64,000 nt of DNA. It comes from Escherichia coli. GTDB taxonomy: Bacteria > Pseudomonadota > Gammaproteobacteria > Enterobacterales > Enterobacteriaceae. Shown here piece after piece: positions 47,197 through 57,779 of the stretch. Made by a program: the position numbers and the translations under genes. Numbering within the stretch: position 1 is the stretch's first letter; each line of letters begins with the position of its first letter. The stretch is from the NCBI RefSeq assembly GCF_022493755.1, contig NZ_CP028767.1. One strand, given 5' to 3'. The notes beneath the pieces are model-generated. The model saw nothing but the letters and a program-made list of their open reading frames with translations. It was not told the DNA's origin and did not search any database.

Positions 47197-47379
47197 TTTG
47201 ATATTTTATAAATTTACTTCGAATCTGGCACGTCAACTTTTGATTAAAGTAATATCAGTTTTCGGCGAAAAAAGGACCGTGTACATGAGACGATTTCATA
47301 CAATAATAACAAAAATATGAATATGCTCCCAATGCAATATATGTTTTGCATTGGGAGCAAATAGCGGAATATTTTGAAA

Positions 47380-48864
47380 TTATTGTATTTCTGCTTCAGA
47401 ATTTCCTGGGCAGTATATATTTTCTATTTTTTGTGGAGTGATCAGGTAATGTACAACTGCTTTATCTACACATAAATTAACTCCGGTGAGAGCTAATGTA
47501 TGCCCATCACCATTTATTGTTAGTAACGGGCTGGAAAATTTCTCTGCCATCTTACGGGCATTAATCCAGGGCGTTGTTGGGTCGTATTTGTGTGCTACAA
47601 ACAGTAAACCAGAGGGCAGAACAGTATTTTTCAGGCGAGTTTTGTTCAGGTCGCTATGTATTGGCCATAATTCACAAAAATCAGGTGAATCGGAACGTCC
47701 ATTGTCAAAGTTAATAGCCGGGAAGGCATTCGCAAGAGCGTCTTTTCGGGATTTTCGCTCTTCTGGTGTTAATTGCTCATCCCCCTGATCTACACAGAGG
47801 ATTACCCCCGAAGCATCGCTTGACTCTTCTGAGGCTATCGGAGCACTGAGCGCAGTTTCAATTTCATTACTGACAATCCCCTGAGAGAACTGGCGTATGG
47901 CAGTTGCAAGGGTTGGCCATGATGAACGCCATAGCAGAAGGTCTGTTGTTAATGATATGAGTTCATCTGAAGATATATTTTCTCCCTTACTGTCTAATAA
48001 AGGTTTGTGATGTAATTTTGATAATAGCTCATGGAACTGAGTTATTGCCTTATCTCTGTCTGAAGAAAGCGGGCAACTTTTTGTACGCGCACACCAGGAT
48101 GCAAAGCGATCAAACGTTTCCTGATAACTCTGTGCCTGTTTGAGTTGCCATGTGAAGTTGTCCTCCAGGTCATCGATATCGACGACTCCATCAAGAACGA
48201 TAGATCTTACGTTGTAGGGAAAACGTTCTGCATATAAGGCTGCAATTTGAGTTCCATACGAATACGCCACGGCTGTCAGTTGTTTATCCCCCAAGGCTTG
48301 CCTAATACGATCAATATCGTATACAGCCTCGTTAGAGCCGATATGGCGAATGACTTCGGCTCCGGTATTATGGATACAGGCATTAATTTTATTTAATACT
48401 TGTTGCTTTTCGGTTATGTTTTCCTGAGTCTCTGTATCTGATTGCCGGCAGTTTATTGTCGGAGTGGACTGTCCGACGCCTCGAGGATCAAATCCAATAA
48501 TATCCCATGACTCACGAAGATTTGTGACTGGCCAGTCAAAGTTAATATAAGGATTTATGCCTGGTAACCCGGGACCACCACTTATTATCAGGATACTTCC
48601 TTTATGCTTGCTTTTTGCCGGCAATTTTGTCAACGCTAGTTTGACTTGTGATTTTTTTTCATAAGAAGCATCTCCGCCTGTGTCTGTATATTTTAATGGA
48701 ACAGACAAATAACCACATAGTAAGTCAGGAGACGGTTTTTCCTCACCAAACCAGTGGTTGAATTGACTGGCCATACAGGATTGCCACTGTATCTGCTGGG
48801 CAGATACGGTTACTGGTAGAAGTAACGTTAAAACAACTTTGAAATGAGTGATTATTTTTCGCAT
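47380..48864 (-). CDS. Secreted alpha/beta hydrolase, S33 (prolyl/tripeptidyl aminopeptidase-like) family
   Basis: Signal peptide; GGPG motif (IISGGPGLPG) and nucleophile-elbow-like AYSYGTQ. Confidence 0.65.
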   Translation of the reverse strand: MRKIITHFKVVLTLLLPVTVSAQQIQWQSCMASQFNHWFGEEKPSPDLLCGYLSVPLKYTDTGGDASYEKKSQVKLALTKLPAKSKHKGSILIISGGPGLPGINPYINFDWPVTNLRESWDIIGFDPRGVGQSTPTINCRQSDTETQENITEKQQVLNKINACIHNTGAEVIRHIGSNEAVYDIDRIRQALGDKQLTAVAYSYGTQIAALYAERFPYNVRSIVLDGVVDIDDLEDNFTWQLKQAQSYQETFDRFASWCARTKSCPLSSDRDKAITQFHELLSKLHHKPLLDSKGENISSDELISLTTDLLLWRSSWPTLATAIRQFSQGIVSNEIETALSAPIASEESSDASGVILCVDQGDEQLTPEERKSRKDALANAFPAINFDNGRSDSPDFCELWPIHSDLNKTRLKNTVLPSGLLFVAHKYDPTTPWINARKMAEKFSSPLLTINGDGHTLALTGVNLCVDKAVVHYLITPQKIENIYCPGNSEAEIQ

Positions 48865-49050
48865 TGTGTCTCTGAATATCGGAATAAAGATAAGATTTGA
48901 ATATATTGAGGTCTTGTGTTGCGGTAAGAGATTACACGTTATGACATAGGTTAAATGCTTACAAAATTAGTGGATATTGCCTACTTGTAACTGTAAACAA
49001 ATTCCCCGGGGTTATACAATACCACCGGGGAGAAAATCTGGTTAACTTCG

Positions 49051-50004
49051 TTAAAAGGTGTACTTAAGACCAGCAGTAGTGATGAAGTTATAGTTTTCTA
49101 TGCCTGCACCATTTTTGCTGTAGTCTGAAGTGTTATCATTGTGATCATAAAGTGAAGTATTACCTTTTTTATTCGTAACCCGATTCCATGCGCCTTCAAC
49201 ATAAACTTTTGCGTTAGGTGTTACGTAATAACCTGCATTGACTGCAACAGAATAGTAATTTTGGTCTTTGACTTTACTGCGATAAGTGATTCTTTTTCCT
49301 GGGTCATAGTGCTCATCGTTATCAGATGCTTCCACCCAGCCGCTGTATTTAAATGTGCCACCTAGCTCAAAATCTTCATAACGATAACTTCCAGTCAAGC
49401 CAATGTAGGGCATTTTAAAACGTTGTTTGTAGCCGATTGCTCTTTCTCCATTCGGGAAGGAGCCGATATCATCTCTGAATCCCTCCTCAGAACTGTAGAT
49501 ATAGGAACCACCTCTGGCTGTAAAGCTATAACGGCTTTCCTGATATCCGGCCATGAGTCCCAGGCGGTAATTGGGTTCGTTGAGGAGCCAGCCTTTGATA
49601 TTCAGATCAAATTCGTTGGCATAATTGAGTTGTGTATCAGGGTGCCTACTTTCATCTGTCCAGGTTCCGGGGTTACTGGAATCCATCCAGTCCTGATCGA
49701 CCATATTGCCACCTCGGCTGCCGAGAGTAGTCCAGCCCGCAGCCCCAATAGATATCTGGGGCATCAAATCCCAATTAATTGCACCTTTAATAATTGCAGC
49801 GTTATTGAATTTCCAGTCGAGTTGACTGACTTTTCGGCCTCCTTCTTCAGCTAGATAAACGCGCTCTTTTGTTTTTCCGCTCAGAGTTCCAAGACTAATG
49901 TCCGCATTTATGTTGTCAGGAGTAAACGATATAGTCTCGGTAGAAGCAAAAGAGCTGATCGCAATAGGGGTTGTCAGAACTATTCCCAGAAGTTTCGCCC
50001 GCAT
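49051..50004 (-). CDS. ompT: Outer-membrane protease (omptin)
   Basis: 317-aa product matches recalled OmpT almost throughout. Confidence 0.95.
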   Translation of the reverse strand: MRAKLLGIVLTTPIAISSFASTETISFTPDNINADISLGTLSGKTKERVYLAEEGGRKVSQLDWKFNNAAIIKGAINWDLMPQISIGAAGWTTLGSRGGNMVDQDWMDSSNPGTWTDESRHPDTQLNYANEFDLNIKGWLLNEPNYRLGLMAGYQESRYSFTARGGSYIYSSEEGFRDDIGSFPNGERAIGYKQRFKMPYIGLTGSYRYEDFELGGTFKYSGWVEASDNDEHYDPGKRITYRSKVKDQNYYSVAVNAGYYVTPNAKVYVEGAWNRVTNKKGNTSLYDHNDNTSDYSKNGAGIENYNFITTAGLKYTF

Positions 50005-50426
50005 AAAAGTTCTCCATTCAATCGTTTTAATGATTGAATATGTATTTTTTATATCTAACTTAATGAGTCAATCACATATTGCTCCACTGTTTATATTTTG
50101 TTTAGTATTGAATGATTATCACAATGCGCTATCTGTTTTTGGTTTAATTATCTGTTATTGTTTTATGTTGCGGTTTTACTGTGTGGTTTTTTATGCTTTT
50201 GTGGTGTTTTTATCTATTTAAGCGCCATGCCTTTAAAGGCATATAAGCGAAAATAGCATGAGGTTTATCCTCAATTGCTATGTTTTTTAGTACAAAAAAG
50301 AGGGACAAAACTGAGACACATAAGGCCTCACAATGGCTTGCAAGGCTTTACATGTTTTGAGGTAGTGGGACGTGTGAGCGCAGAGATGGCGCGGTAATTT
50401 GTTGACTTAAAATGTCGTTCTAGGAA

Positions 50427-50473
50427 CTTCTAAGTCGTGGGCCGCAGGTTCGAATCCTGCAGGGCGCGCCATT
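50427..50473. repeat. Prophage attR core (partial argU 3' copy)
   Basis: 47-bp exact repeat of 3749-3795; not a complete tRNA. Confidence 0.75.
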
Positions 50474-50516
50474 TCTTCTTCATTTATGCCCGTCTTATCC
50501 GTTTCCGCTTTGCCCT

Positions 50517-51278
50517 TCACCACATCACTTTTTGTCGCTGTTTGGCGAGATAATTCAACGGTGTCAGGCCGTAAAACGCCTTAAAAACAGAGATAAAGTA
50601 TGACGTGCTGCTATAGCCACATAATTGCGCCACCTGAGTGATATTTTTGTTATCCATCAATAACATCTGTACGGCGTAACGCATACGACACTCTGTGACA
50701 ATCTGGCTATAGCTGGTATTTTCGTTTTTTAATTTCTTTTTGAGCAGGCTGGGGCTTAAACATAGCGAACTGGCGACAATTCGCAGATTCCAGTAATGCT
50801 GAATATCGCTTTGAATAATGCGGCAGACGCTGTCGCGGACGCTGCTGCGTAAGATATACATCAGTAGGGCAATAAACCGCGATTGCTCAAGAAAGTTAGA
50901 CAATACGGTAAAAAGCAATACGCGCGTCAACTCCGCTTCGCAGGGTTTGCTGGGTTGCTGCTTGCTGTGGTTGGCGGCTAGCCGGAACACTTCCGGTGTA
51001 CGGCTATGACAAGCAATAACCGGGGTTGCCAGCCGCGACCAGGGCTTTACACAGGTTAAGTTCTTATTTAAAAACAACAGATAATCGTTGATGATGTTAC
51101 GGTTGATGTGGGTGATTAATACGTGATTTAACGTTGAGAGTTCAATGACGTTATTGTTGCACGCGAAGGCGGCCAGGTAGTTTTTCGGAAGGGTAAACGT
51201 AGCATGGTTATTGACGCTTACCTCTACCTCTTTTTCGGTCAGGATCACCACGCAAGGTTCACTGCTGCTCAATTGCAT
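50517..51278 (-). CDS. envY: AraC-family transcriptional regulator
   Basis: 253 aa with C-terminal AraC-type HTH; position after ompT as in K-12. Confidence 0.85.
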   Translation of the reverse strand: MQLSSSEPCVVILTEKEVEVSVNNHATFTLPKNYLAAFACNNNVIELSTLNHVLITHINRNIINDYLLFLNKNLTCVKPWSRLATPVIACHSRTPEVFRLAANHSKQQPSKPCEAELTRVLLFTVLSNFLEQSRFIALLMYILRSSVRDSVCRIIQSDIQHYWNLRIVASSLCLSPSLLKKKLKNENTSYSQIVTECRMRYAVQMLLMDNKNITQVAQLCGYSSTSYFISVFKAFYGLTPLNYLAKQRQKVMW

Positions 51279-51460
51279 TTCGCACTCCTCAGATATCAGA
51301 AACTCCGCTCAAAGGATCTATGCTTCCTGCATGAGTGATCGGCCCGTTCGCCGATAACGATCTTCTTTCTTTAGCACGCTTTTTAGCAATTAATCTTGAT
51401 GGAATTCTGACGAGAGCGAAAGAGGTAAGCCAGGTCGTACCCGACTTACCTGGAGGAGAT

Positions 51461-52351
51461 TTAATACTCGAGAATGCCGTGCGCGACGGGCAAATAGCGC
51501 AGAGAGAAATAGAGAGTGTCTTTACCGCAAGAGGAACGTTTCGCTAACAGCGAGGCAATTTCTGCGTCCGGTTTCGGTTTCGCTGTAAAGGTTTTGCCTT
51601 TGCCGGCGACAAAAAGTTCATAAACAATGCCGCTTGCTGGGGCGGAACTTTGGCAATCGGCGCTGGCTTGTAGATAACGTTCACGCTGTTCAGCGGTCAG
51701 TTTATCCACGCCGCTGCCATCCTGTACCCAAACATTAACGCCGGTTGCTTTAACGTGTTCCAGCAGTTGGCGATAGCCATCGGGCGACATGTTTCCGGCG
51801 AAAAAACTACTGATATAAACCGGTTTTGCTGAAACATCGCTAATCAGCCGCTGCGCGTTGTTTAACCATGTTAGCAAAGGCTGATGGGCAGCTTCGCTGC
51901 GCCAGTTCAGGTCGTCAATTTCCGCGCTGATGTACCAGCCATCCGGCGTTATGCCAGGCGCGGCGCTCCATAATCTGGCTTGCTGGAGATCGGCAGCCAG
52001 CAGGCGATTAAGATAGCTTTCCAGCGCTGCGGACGACTGTTTCTGGTGCATAAAAAATTCCGGATCGGCGTTCAGCCCGACAATCAGCTTCAGGCCAGCC
52101 TGTTGCGCAGCTGCGGCACGCTTAAACAATAACGTGCGCTGTTCTGGCTGGGTAAATGCATCGCCGTAACGGGTCCATTGCAAAACCAGGGTATCGAAGC
52201 CTTGCAAACGTAACTGACTCATCAGCCCCTGCCACTGGGTATCGGTAACCTGACTATCTCGGTTTTGTGGTTGCCAGATAATACCTTTCATCGCAAAGGA
52301 AAAAGGGCTGACCAAAAGCAGTGTCAGCAATACGAAAATGAACTTACGCAT
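51461..52351 (-). CDS. ybcH: Periplasmic DUF4434-like protein
   Basis: 296 aa with signal peptide; synteny envY-ybcH-nfrA. Confidence 0.7.
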   Translation of the reverse strand: MRKFIFVLLTLLLVSPFSFAMKGIIWQPQNRDSQVTDTQWQGLMSQLRLQGFDTLVLQWTRYGDAFTQPEQRTLLFKRAAAAQQAGLKLIVGLNADPEFFMHQKQSSAALESYLNRLLAADLQQARLWSAAPGITPDGWYISAEIDDLNWRSEAAHQPLLTWLNNAQRLISDVSAKPVYISSFFAGNMSPDGYRQLLEHVKATGVNVWVQDGSGVDKLTAEQRERYLQASADCQSSAPASGIVYELFVAGKGKTFTAKPKPDAEIASLLAKRSSCGKDTLYFSLRYLPVAHGILEY

Positions 52352-55345
52352 TTACCAGTGCACTCCAATGGTGAGAAACGCGTTGTTGCGCTCTCCGTTA
52401 CGTTGATTAATCGCCTTAAAGGTATGTTGATACTCGACGCCGAGACTGACTTTGTGCGGCCAGGCGTCGTAGTGCGTCTCGCCGGTCCAGATATTCCAGC
52501 GGACCCCGACTCCGCCAAGCTGCGCGCCCTGAGTGCCTTTATCACGATAGCCGTTGTCCTGAACGTGAGCGTAAGGCTCAATAGTCTGTCCGTTAGCTAC
52601 CTTCTGATGCCAGCTGACGCGATAATCTGCCGTCCACGCCTGAATATCCTGGCGGATATATTGCGCCGCATCGAGGTACAGGTTTTGGGCAAACCAGCCT
52701 GAACCGTTCGGGTGCCATTCGTCGCTGTATTTGCCGCCATTAAAGAATGAGGCGCTGGCGCGCAGCATGGTATCGGATGCGCCATTTTGCCCGTTCAGCG
52801 GCAACTGCTGTTCGACGGCGAGGAAAAAGATCTGATCGCGCAGCGGCTTCCAGCGCAGACCGGTGCCGGACATCGGATTTTTCACCGGCATCATCACCCC
52901 GTTTTCTCCGGTATCGGCAAAGACGCGGCTATAAACTGAGAGCAGGTCGCCTTCCAGCAGCATATTGCGTCCGATGCGGTACTCGGCTTCCAGTTGCCCG
53001 TAGCTACGATAGCTTTTCCCTGGCGCTGCGCCGCCGACATTATTGTTAGCGGTGCTCATTGCCCCGGAACGCAAGCCGATAGAAGAATCGAAACTGAACG
53101 TCCAGCGGCGACCGACCTCCTCATGCAAACGGCGGAAATTGAAGCGTTGCTGATTTTGCTCTGGGGTCAGTGGGGTTATCAGCGCCTGATTATCAATGTC
53201 ATCAATCACCAGCCGGGCGTAGTGCTGCGTCGCAGGCATGTCATCCAGACGCTGGTTCACGTAGGCCAGTTGTCGGATCAGTGCCGGATCGTCCGGAAGC
53301 CCTTTATGCGCCTGTTCGAGCATTTCCCGCGACTGTGCGATATCACCGCTATCCCACAAGGCGTAACCAAGCGCTGCCTGGATGTTGCTATTATTCGGTT
53401 CCAGTTCCAGCGCGGCGCGCAAATCACTCACCGCCGCCGGGACATTATGACGTTGGCGATAAATTGTCGCCCGCGCAACGTAAGCGTTGGCAGAAGGCGC
53501 AATATTGATTGAGCGCGTGAGATCGCTCAGTGCGAGTTCCGGCTGACCAGGAATGTAACGTTGCGCATGCAGCCACCAGTAGAGGGCATTGTTTCCCAGT
53601 CCACGTTGTTCTGCCTGTTGTAGCCAGCGATCGCGAGCTGCACCATTTCCTGCCGCCTGGGCGGTATTGGCAGCAGCAAGCAGATCCTCATTGCTCATGT
53701 CGTGAAGACTGATTTTCTGCCAGGCCGCCAGTGCGGTGGCGTAGTCCTCAACCTGATACGCCTGATAGGCTACCGCACGATGTTGCCAGGCGTTCGGTTG
53801 TCGTTGTTCGGCCTGAAGCCATGCATACAGCGCCACACCGGGTAGCGTGTCCCGATAACACTTTGCCAGACGGTTCCAGGCGGCAGCATCGTAGGAAGGC
53901 GACATATCGCCCAGCAAGCGAACTATTGCCGGGCAATTATCTGCAATACCCGGCAACTGACTTTGCCACTGACGTTGCTCCGCCAGCGGTAAGGGTTTCG
54001 ATAAAATCGCCACCTTCGCCGGCGTTGCCAGGTAAGGATGACTTTCCAGCAGAGACGCCAGTCGCGCCATTAAAGTCTGGCTGACACGCGCATCGCCCTG
54101 GAAAGGATAGCGTTGCAGCAATAAATCGGCAGCTTCGCGTGACTGCTCGTTCTGCATCAGTTGCCAGGTCAGTTGATCCAGGCGGGTAAGATTTGCCGGT
54201 TCTTGCTGATACAGCAATCGTGCCAGACGCAGAGATTCAGCCTTGTTACGGGTCGCCACGCTGACAGCATAACGCTCCTCAAGCATTTCATTGGCGGGGA
54301 GGGTGGCGAGCAGTTTTTGCGCTGCGTCGTACTGACCTTCTTTTAACAGCACCGGTAGCGTCGCGCCAACAACATACTGGCGGTTATCGGCAAACTGCAC
54401 CGTATAATTCGCCAATGCCTGAACGGGGTTGGCGCTGTATTTAGATAACAGATAGAGCCAACTTTTCTCTTGTGCGTCCGTGGTAAACAGCGGCTTATTT
54501 TCATTGAGATAATGCTGGAGGCGTGCTTTTTCGCCACGATAAGCCAGCGCGGTCGCGTAAGTAATATATGACTGAGGATCGGTGAAGATCCCCTGTGATT
54601 GCAGTGCCAGGATCCGATCGTCCAGCTGCCCGGCAAGAAGCACGTCAAACCACTGACGGCGTTCTGCCGCGCTTAATGTGTTCTGCTGGCGTGCTTCATT
54701 GTATAGCGTATCTGCCTGGGACCATTGTTTCAGGTAGATTGCCCGTTGCAGCAGATCGGTTCGCAGCGTTTTTCCTTCTGGCGATGCAGCAAACGTCGCA
54801 TCGTTCAGTTGCGCTCTGGCGACAGGTAATTGTGCCAGCCGCAGGGCATTCTGCCCGACTTCACTGCGACAACGCAGGGTCGGCGCAGCGTCGCACGCTT
54901 TTTGCTGGGCAAGCAGTTCTTCAACAGTCGTAACGCTTTTCACTTCAACCGGAATAGCCGCCAGACTGCGCTCAAGTCGGGCATCTCCTGGGTGACGTTT
55001 CAGTTGATCCTCAAGCAACAGCCGCGCCCGGTCATCATGACCAAAATGGCGATAGGCTTCCGCAAGGTATAAAGTCAGCGGAATATTATCCGGCACCTGC
55101 TGGTGTATATATTCAAATTCGCGGATGGCGGTTGCTTCGTCGTTATTTTTCTGTGCCTTCAGCGCCTTATCGAGACGGGGATAAATAACAAAATGGCGAT
55201 AATCGCTCAGCCCCAGCTCTTCTGCGCTGGTGCCGATATTGTCTGCGAGTGCGCTGGTACTCAATAAAGACGTCAGCAGTAAACCAGACCATCCGATGAC
55301 GCGATTAAGGTTATTCTCCTTCATTTTCGGACTCCAGTTGCGCAA
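52352..55345 (-). CDS. nfrA: Bacteriophage N4 adsorption protein A (outer-membrane, TPR-rich); start uncertain
   Basis: About 990 aa with signal peptide and TPR-like repeats; synteny. Confidence 0.85.
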   Translation of the reverse strand: MRNWSPKMKENNLNRVIGWSGLLLTSLLSTSALADNIGTSAEELGLSDYRHFVIYPRLDKALKAQKNNDEATAIREFEYIHQQVPDNIPLTLYLAEAYRHFGHDDRARLLLEDQLKRHPGDARLERSLAAIPVEVKSVTTVEELLAQQKACDAAPTLRCRSEVGQNALRLAQLPVARAQLNDATFAASPEGKTLRTDLLQRAIYLKQWSQADTLYNEARQQNTLSAAERRQWFDVLLAGQLDDRILALQSQGIFTDPQSYITYATALAYRGEKARLQHYLNENKPLFTTDAQEKSWLYLLSKYSANPVQALANYTVQFADNRQYVVGATLPVLLKEGQYDAAQKLLATLPANEMLEERYAVSVATRNKAESLRLARLLYQQEPANLTRLDQLTWQLMQNEQSREAADLLLQRYPFQGDARVSQTLMARLASLLESHPYLATPAKVAILSKPLPLAEQRQWQSQLPGIADNCPAIVRLLGDMSPSYDAAAWNRLAKCYRDTLPGVALYAWLQAEQRQPNAWQHRAVAYQAYQVEDYATALAAWQKISLHDMSNEDLLAAANTAQAAGNGAARDRWLQQAEQRGLGNNALYWWLHAQRYIPGQPELALSDLTRSINIAPSANAYVARATIYRQRHNVPAAVSDLRAALELEPNNSNIQAALGYALWDSGDIAQSREMLEQAHKGLPDDPALIRQLAYVNQRLDDMPATQHYARLVIDDIDNQALITPLTPEQNQQRFNFRRLHEEVGRRWTFSFDSSIGLRSGAMSTANNNVGGAAPGKSYRSYGQLEAEYRIGRNMLLEGDLLSVYSRVFADTGENGVMMPVKNPMSGTGLRWKPLRDQIFFLAVEQQLPLNGQNGASDTMLRASASFFNGGKYSDEWHPNGSGWFAQNLYLDAAQYIRQDIQAWTADYRVSWHQKVANGQTIEPYAHVQDNGYRDKGTQGAQLGGVGVRWNIWTGETHYDAWPHKVSLGVEYQHTFKAINQRNGERNNAFLTIGVHW

Positions 55346-57548
55346 CCTGTTCTGTGTTTAAACCTGCTTTGAGTAATAGTGATTGCATCGAAACTTGTAA
55401 TTCGCGTTGAATTGTCAGGACGCGATCCAACGTTTCCTGGCTGATAACGCCTTCGGTGACCAAAAACTTGCCGAGCGGCAGAGAACTGCGTTCATGGCGC
55501 AATAACAACACGTTAATTGCTGAACGATTAATATGACCGAGCGTGGTCAGTATTTCGGCGAACAGGAACTGATGCGGCACATATTGCCGCCAGATTTCAC
55601 CGGTCTGCTGTTCCGTGAGCCACTGATGCTGAACCGCATTGTACAACATTGCCCGCGGATCGTGACCGCGTCGGCGTGCATACCAGTGACGTAACCCCGT
55701 GACAATTTGTCCCCGCAGAACAATGACGTAACGCACTTTGCGTCCGACTTTACGCGTCAGGGCCGCCAGCGAAACCGGGTCAATACCATCTTCACTGCCG
55801 ACAATTAACTCATCATTTTCCAGACGCAGCGGCAGTACTGCATAATGCAGCGCTACGGAGGCTGGCATTTCGGCAATCAGCGAGGACGGGATCTGCCAGG
55901 CATCGATGGATTCCCACGCCACGCCGTTTTGCTCTGCCAGCGCCTGTGCCAGCTGCTCGGCGCTAATCAGCCCCTGCATCAGCATTGAACCGCCCAGGCG
56001 TAGACCTTCGACGCGATTACGCAGTGCTGTATCGAGTTGTTCTTCAGTGATGACCTGATTTTCCAGCAGAATTTGGCCTAACGGGCGCAACGAGCGGGTA
56101 TCGCCAGTCACGCTGGGGAAGTCATGCGTTGTTTTATCCCACGCGACGCGACGTGGATCGCCGTGTTGAAGTACCTGTTTTAGCGCGCGCCAGTTGGCCA
56201 TGAAGTTAATCAGGTTGCCCCAGAAAAGACGCAGGACAGATAGCAGCCCCTGCGTCAGACCGTAGTAGCCAGTGACGAAAATCACCCGCTGCACGATGCG
56301 GTTAACCATCAAGCCAAAGTTTAGCCACAGCAGGGTCATTAATCATGCGCTGCCGCTAAAAATAGAAAGGAAATGCCAGGCATTGGGCCACAAACTTTCA
56401 TACGCCAGCAACAGCAAAAGCTGGAGCATCACCAGCATCGCGAGGAAGCTGACAAAGTTACTGATTGCCCCTTTGCGGTCGCGCCAGAGAAAGTAGTTCA
56501 GCGTCAGGCTGGAGGTCCATTTGTGGGTTTTAAAGCCCTGGAAAACAATGCCGATGATCCAGCGAGATTTTTGTCGAACTGCAGTCGAAAAGGTATCGGG
56601 GAAATATTCGCGCACGCAGATCATGTTTGACGTCCGTGCGTGCTGTAAAAATTTGCGCTGCTCGCGTTCTTTGGCTTCGTCCACCACCGGAAAACGGACA
56701 AAAATTTCCGTCATACCTTTCTCTTTCAGGCGGAAACCAATGTCGTAATCTTCAGTCAGACTCTGCACGTCGAAAGCAATACCGTCACCGTCAGCTAACA
56801 GAGCGGTCACGGCGCGGCGGCTGAAACAGGTGCCGACGCCTGCGCTGGGCACTTGTCCGGCGAGGGCTTCACGCACCGGAACATCTTTGCCATGCAGCTC
56901 TGAAAACTCATCAATGTAAGTCATGCTGGTGAAGTGCGTCCATTCGCGTTCGAACGGATACACCGGGATCTGAATCAGATCTTTACGCTCGACCAGATAG
57001 TTGAACAGACGCAATTCCATCGGTGAAATCACATCTTCGGCGTCATGCAGAATAAAACCAGCAAAAGCGAAATTGGCGCTACGTTCAAACTGGGTGATGG
57101 CGTCCAGCACGTTGTTCAGACAGTCGGCTTTGCTGGTGGGACCAGGACGCGCGCAGACTACCTTATGCACGTTCGGAAAGCGAGCGCACACTTCGTCAAC
57201 ATCACGTTGAGTATCGGGGTCGTTGGGGTAGGTGCCAACAAAGATATGATAGTTTTCGTAGTCGAGCGTGGTCGCCGCCAGCTCGGCCATATTGCCGATG
57301 ACGCCCGTTTCATTCCACGCCGGAACCATAATCGCTAACGGTTTTTCATCTGGTTTATACAGTTCGCGGTAACTCATTCGCGGGTAGCGGCGATAAACAC
57401 TCAACTTGCGTTTAATGCGGCGTACCCAGTAGACGACATCAATAAAAAAATCGTCCAGCCCGCTGATGAACATGATGACCGCTAACGTTATCGCGATTAC
57501 TTTTAAGCCGTAGAGCCAGGTTGCAAAAACATCAAGAAGCCAGTCCAC
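55311..57548 (-). pseudogene. nfrB: Bacteriophage N4 adsorption protein B, interrupted by in-frame TGA at 56343-56345
   Basis: 401-aa and 342-aa ORFs in the same frame separated by TGA-TTA-ATG; lengths sum to the expected 745 aa. Confidence 0.7.
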
Positions 57549-57779
57549 ACAAAAACCTTACATTAACGCTGGTTATGTTTAGGGTGGCGTATATTAAGGT
57601 TTTTTATGAATTGTGACAGCTTTTTACCATTAATAGGTATGACTATTGCGGCACGTTATTTTTACACTGGTTATAAAAGTTGCCGTTTGCGTAGAATGTA
57701 GACAAAAGCATGGTGTCAAGGAGGGGAGGTTAACGTCATAGTGAAAAGGAGCGGTGGCACCGAGCAGGTCATAATGTAG

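Noticed and set aside
43805-47200. Classical Gin/Pin-type invertible tail-fiber segment
   Set aside because: The tfa-related repeats are in direct, not inverted, orientation and no inverted alternate stf C-terminus was found; recombinase present but architecture does not fit an invertible switch.
50421-50473. Possible second tRNA-Arg gene
   Set aside because: Only the 3' 47 bp of argU is present; it is the attR duplication, not a full tRNA.
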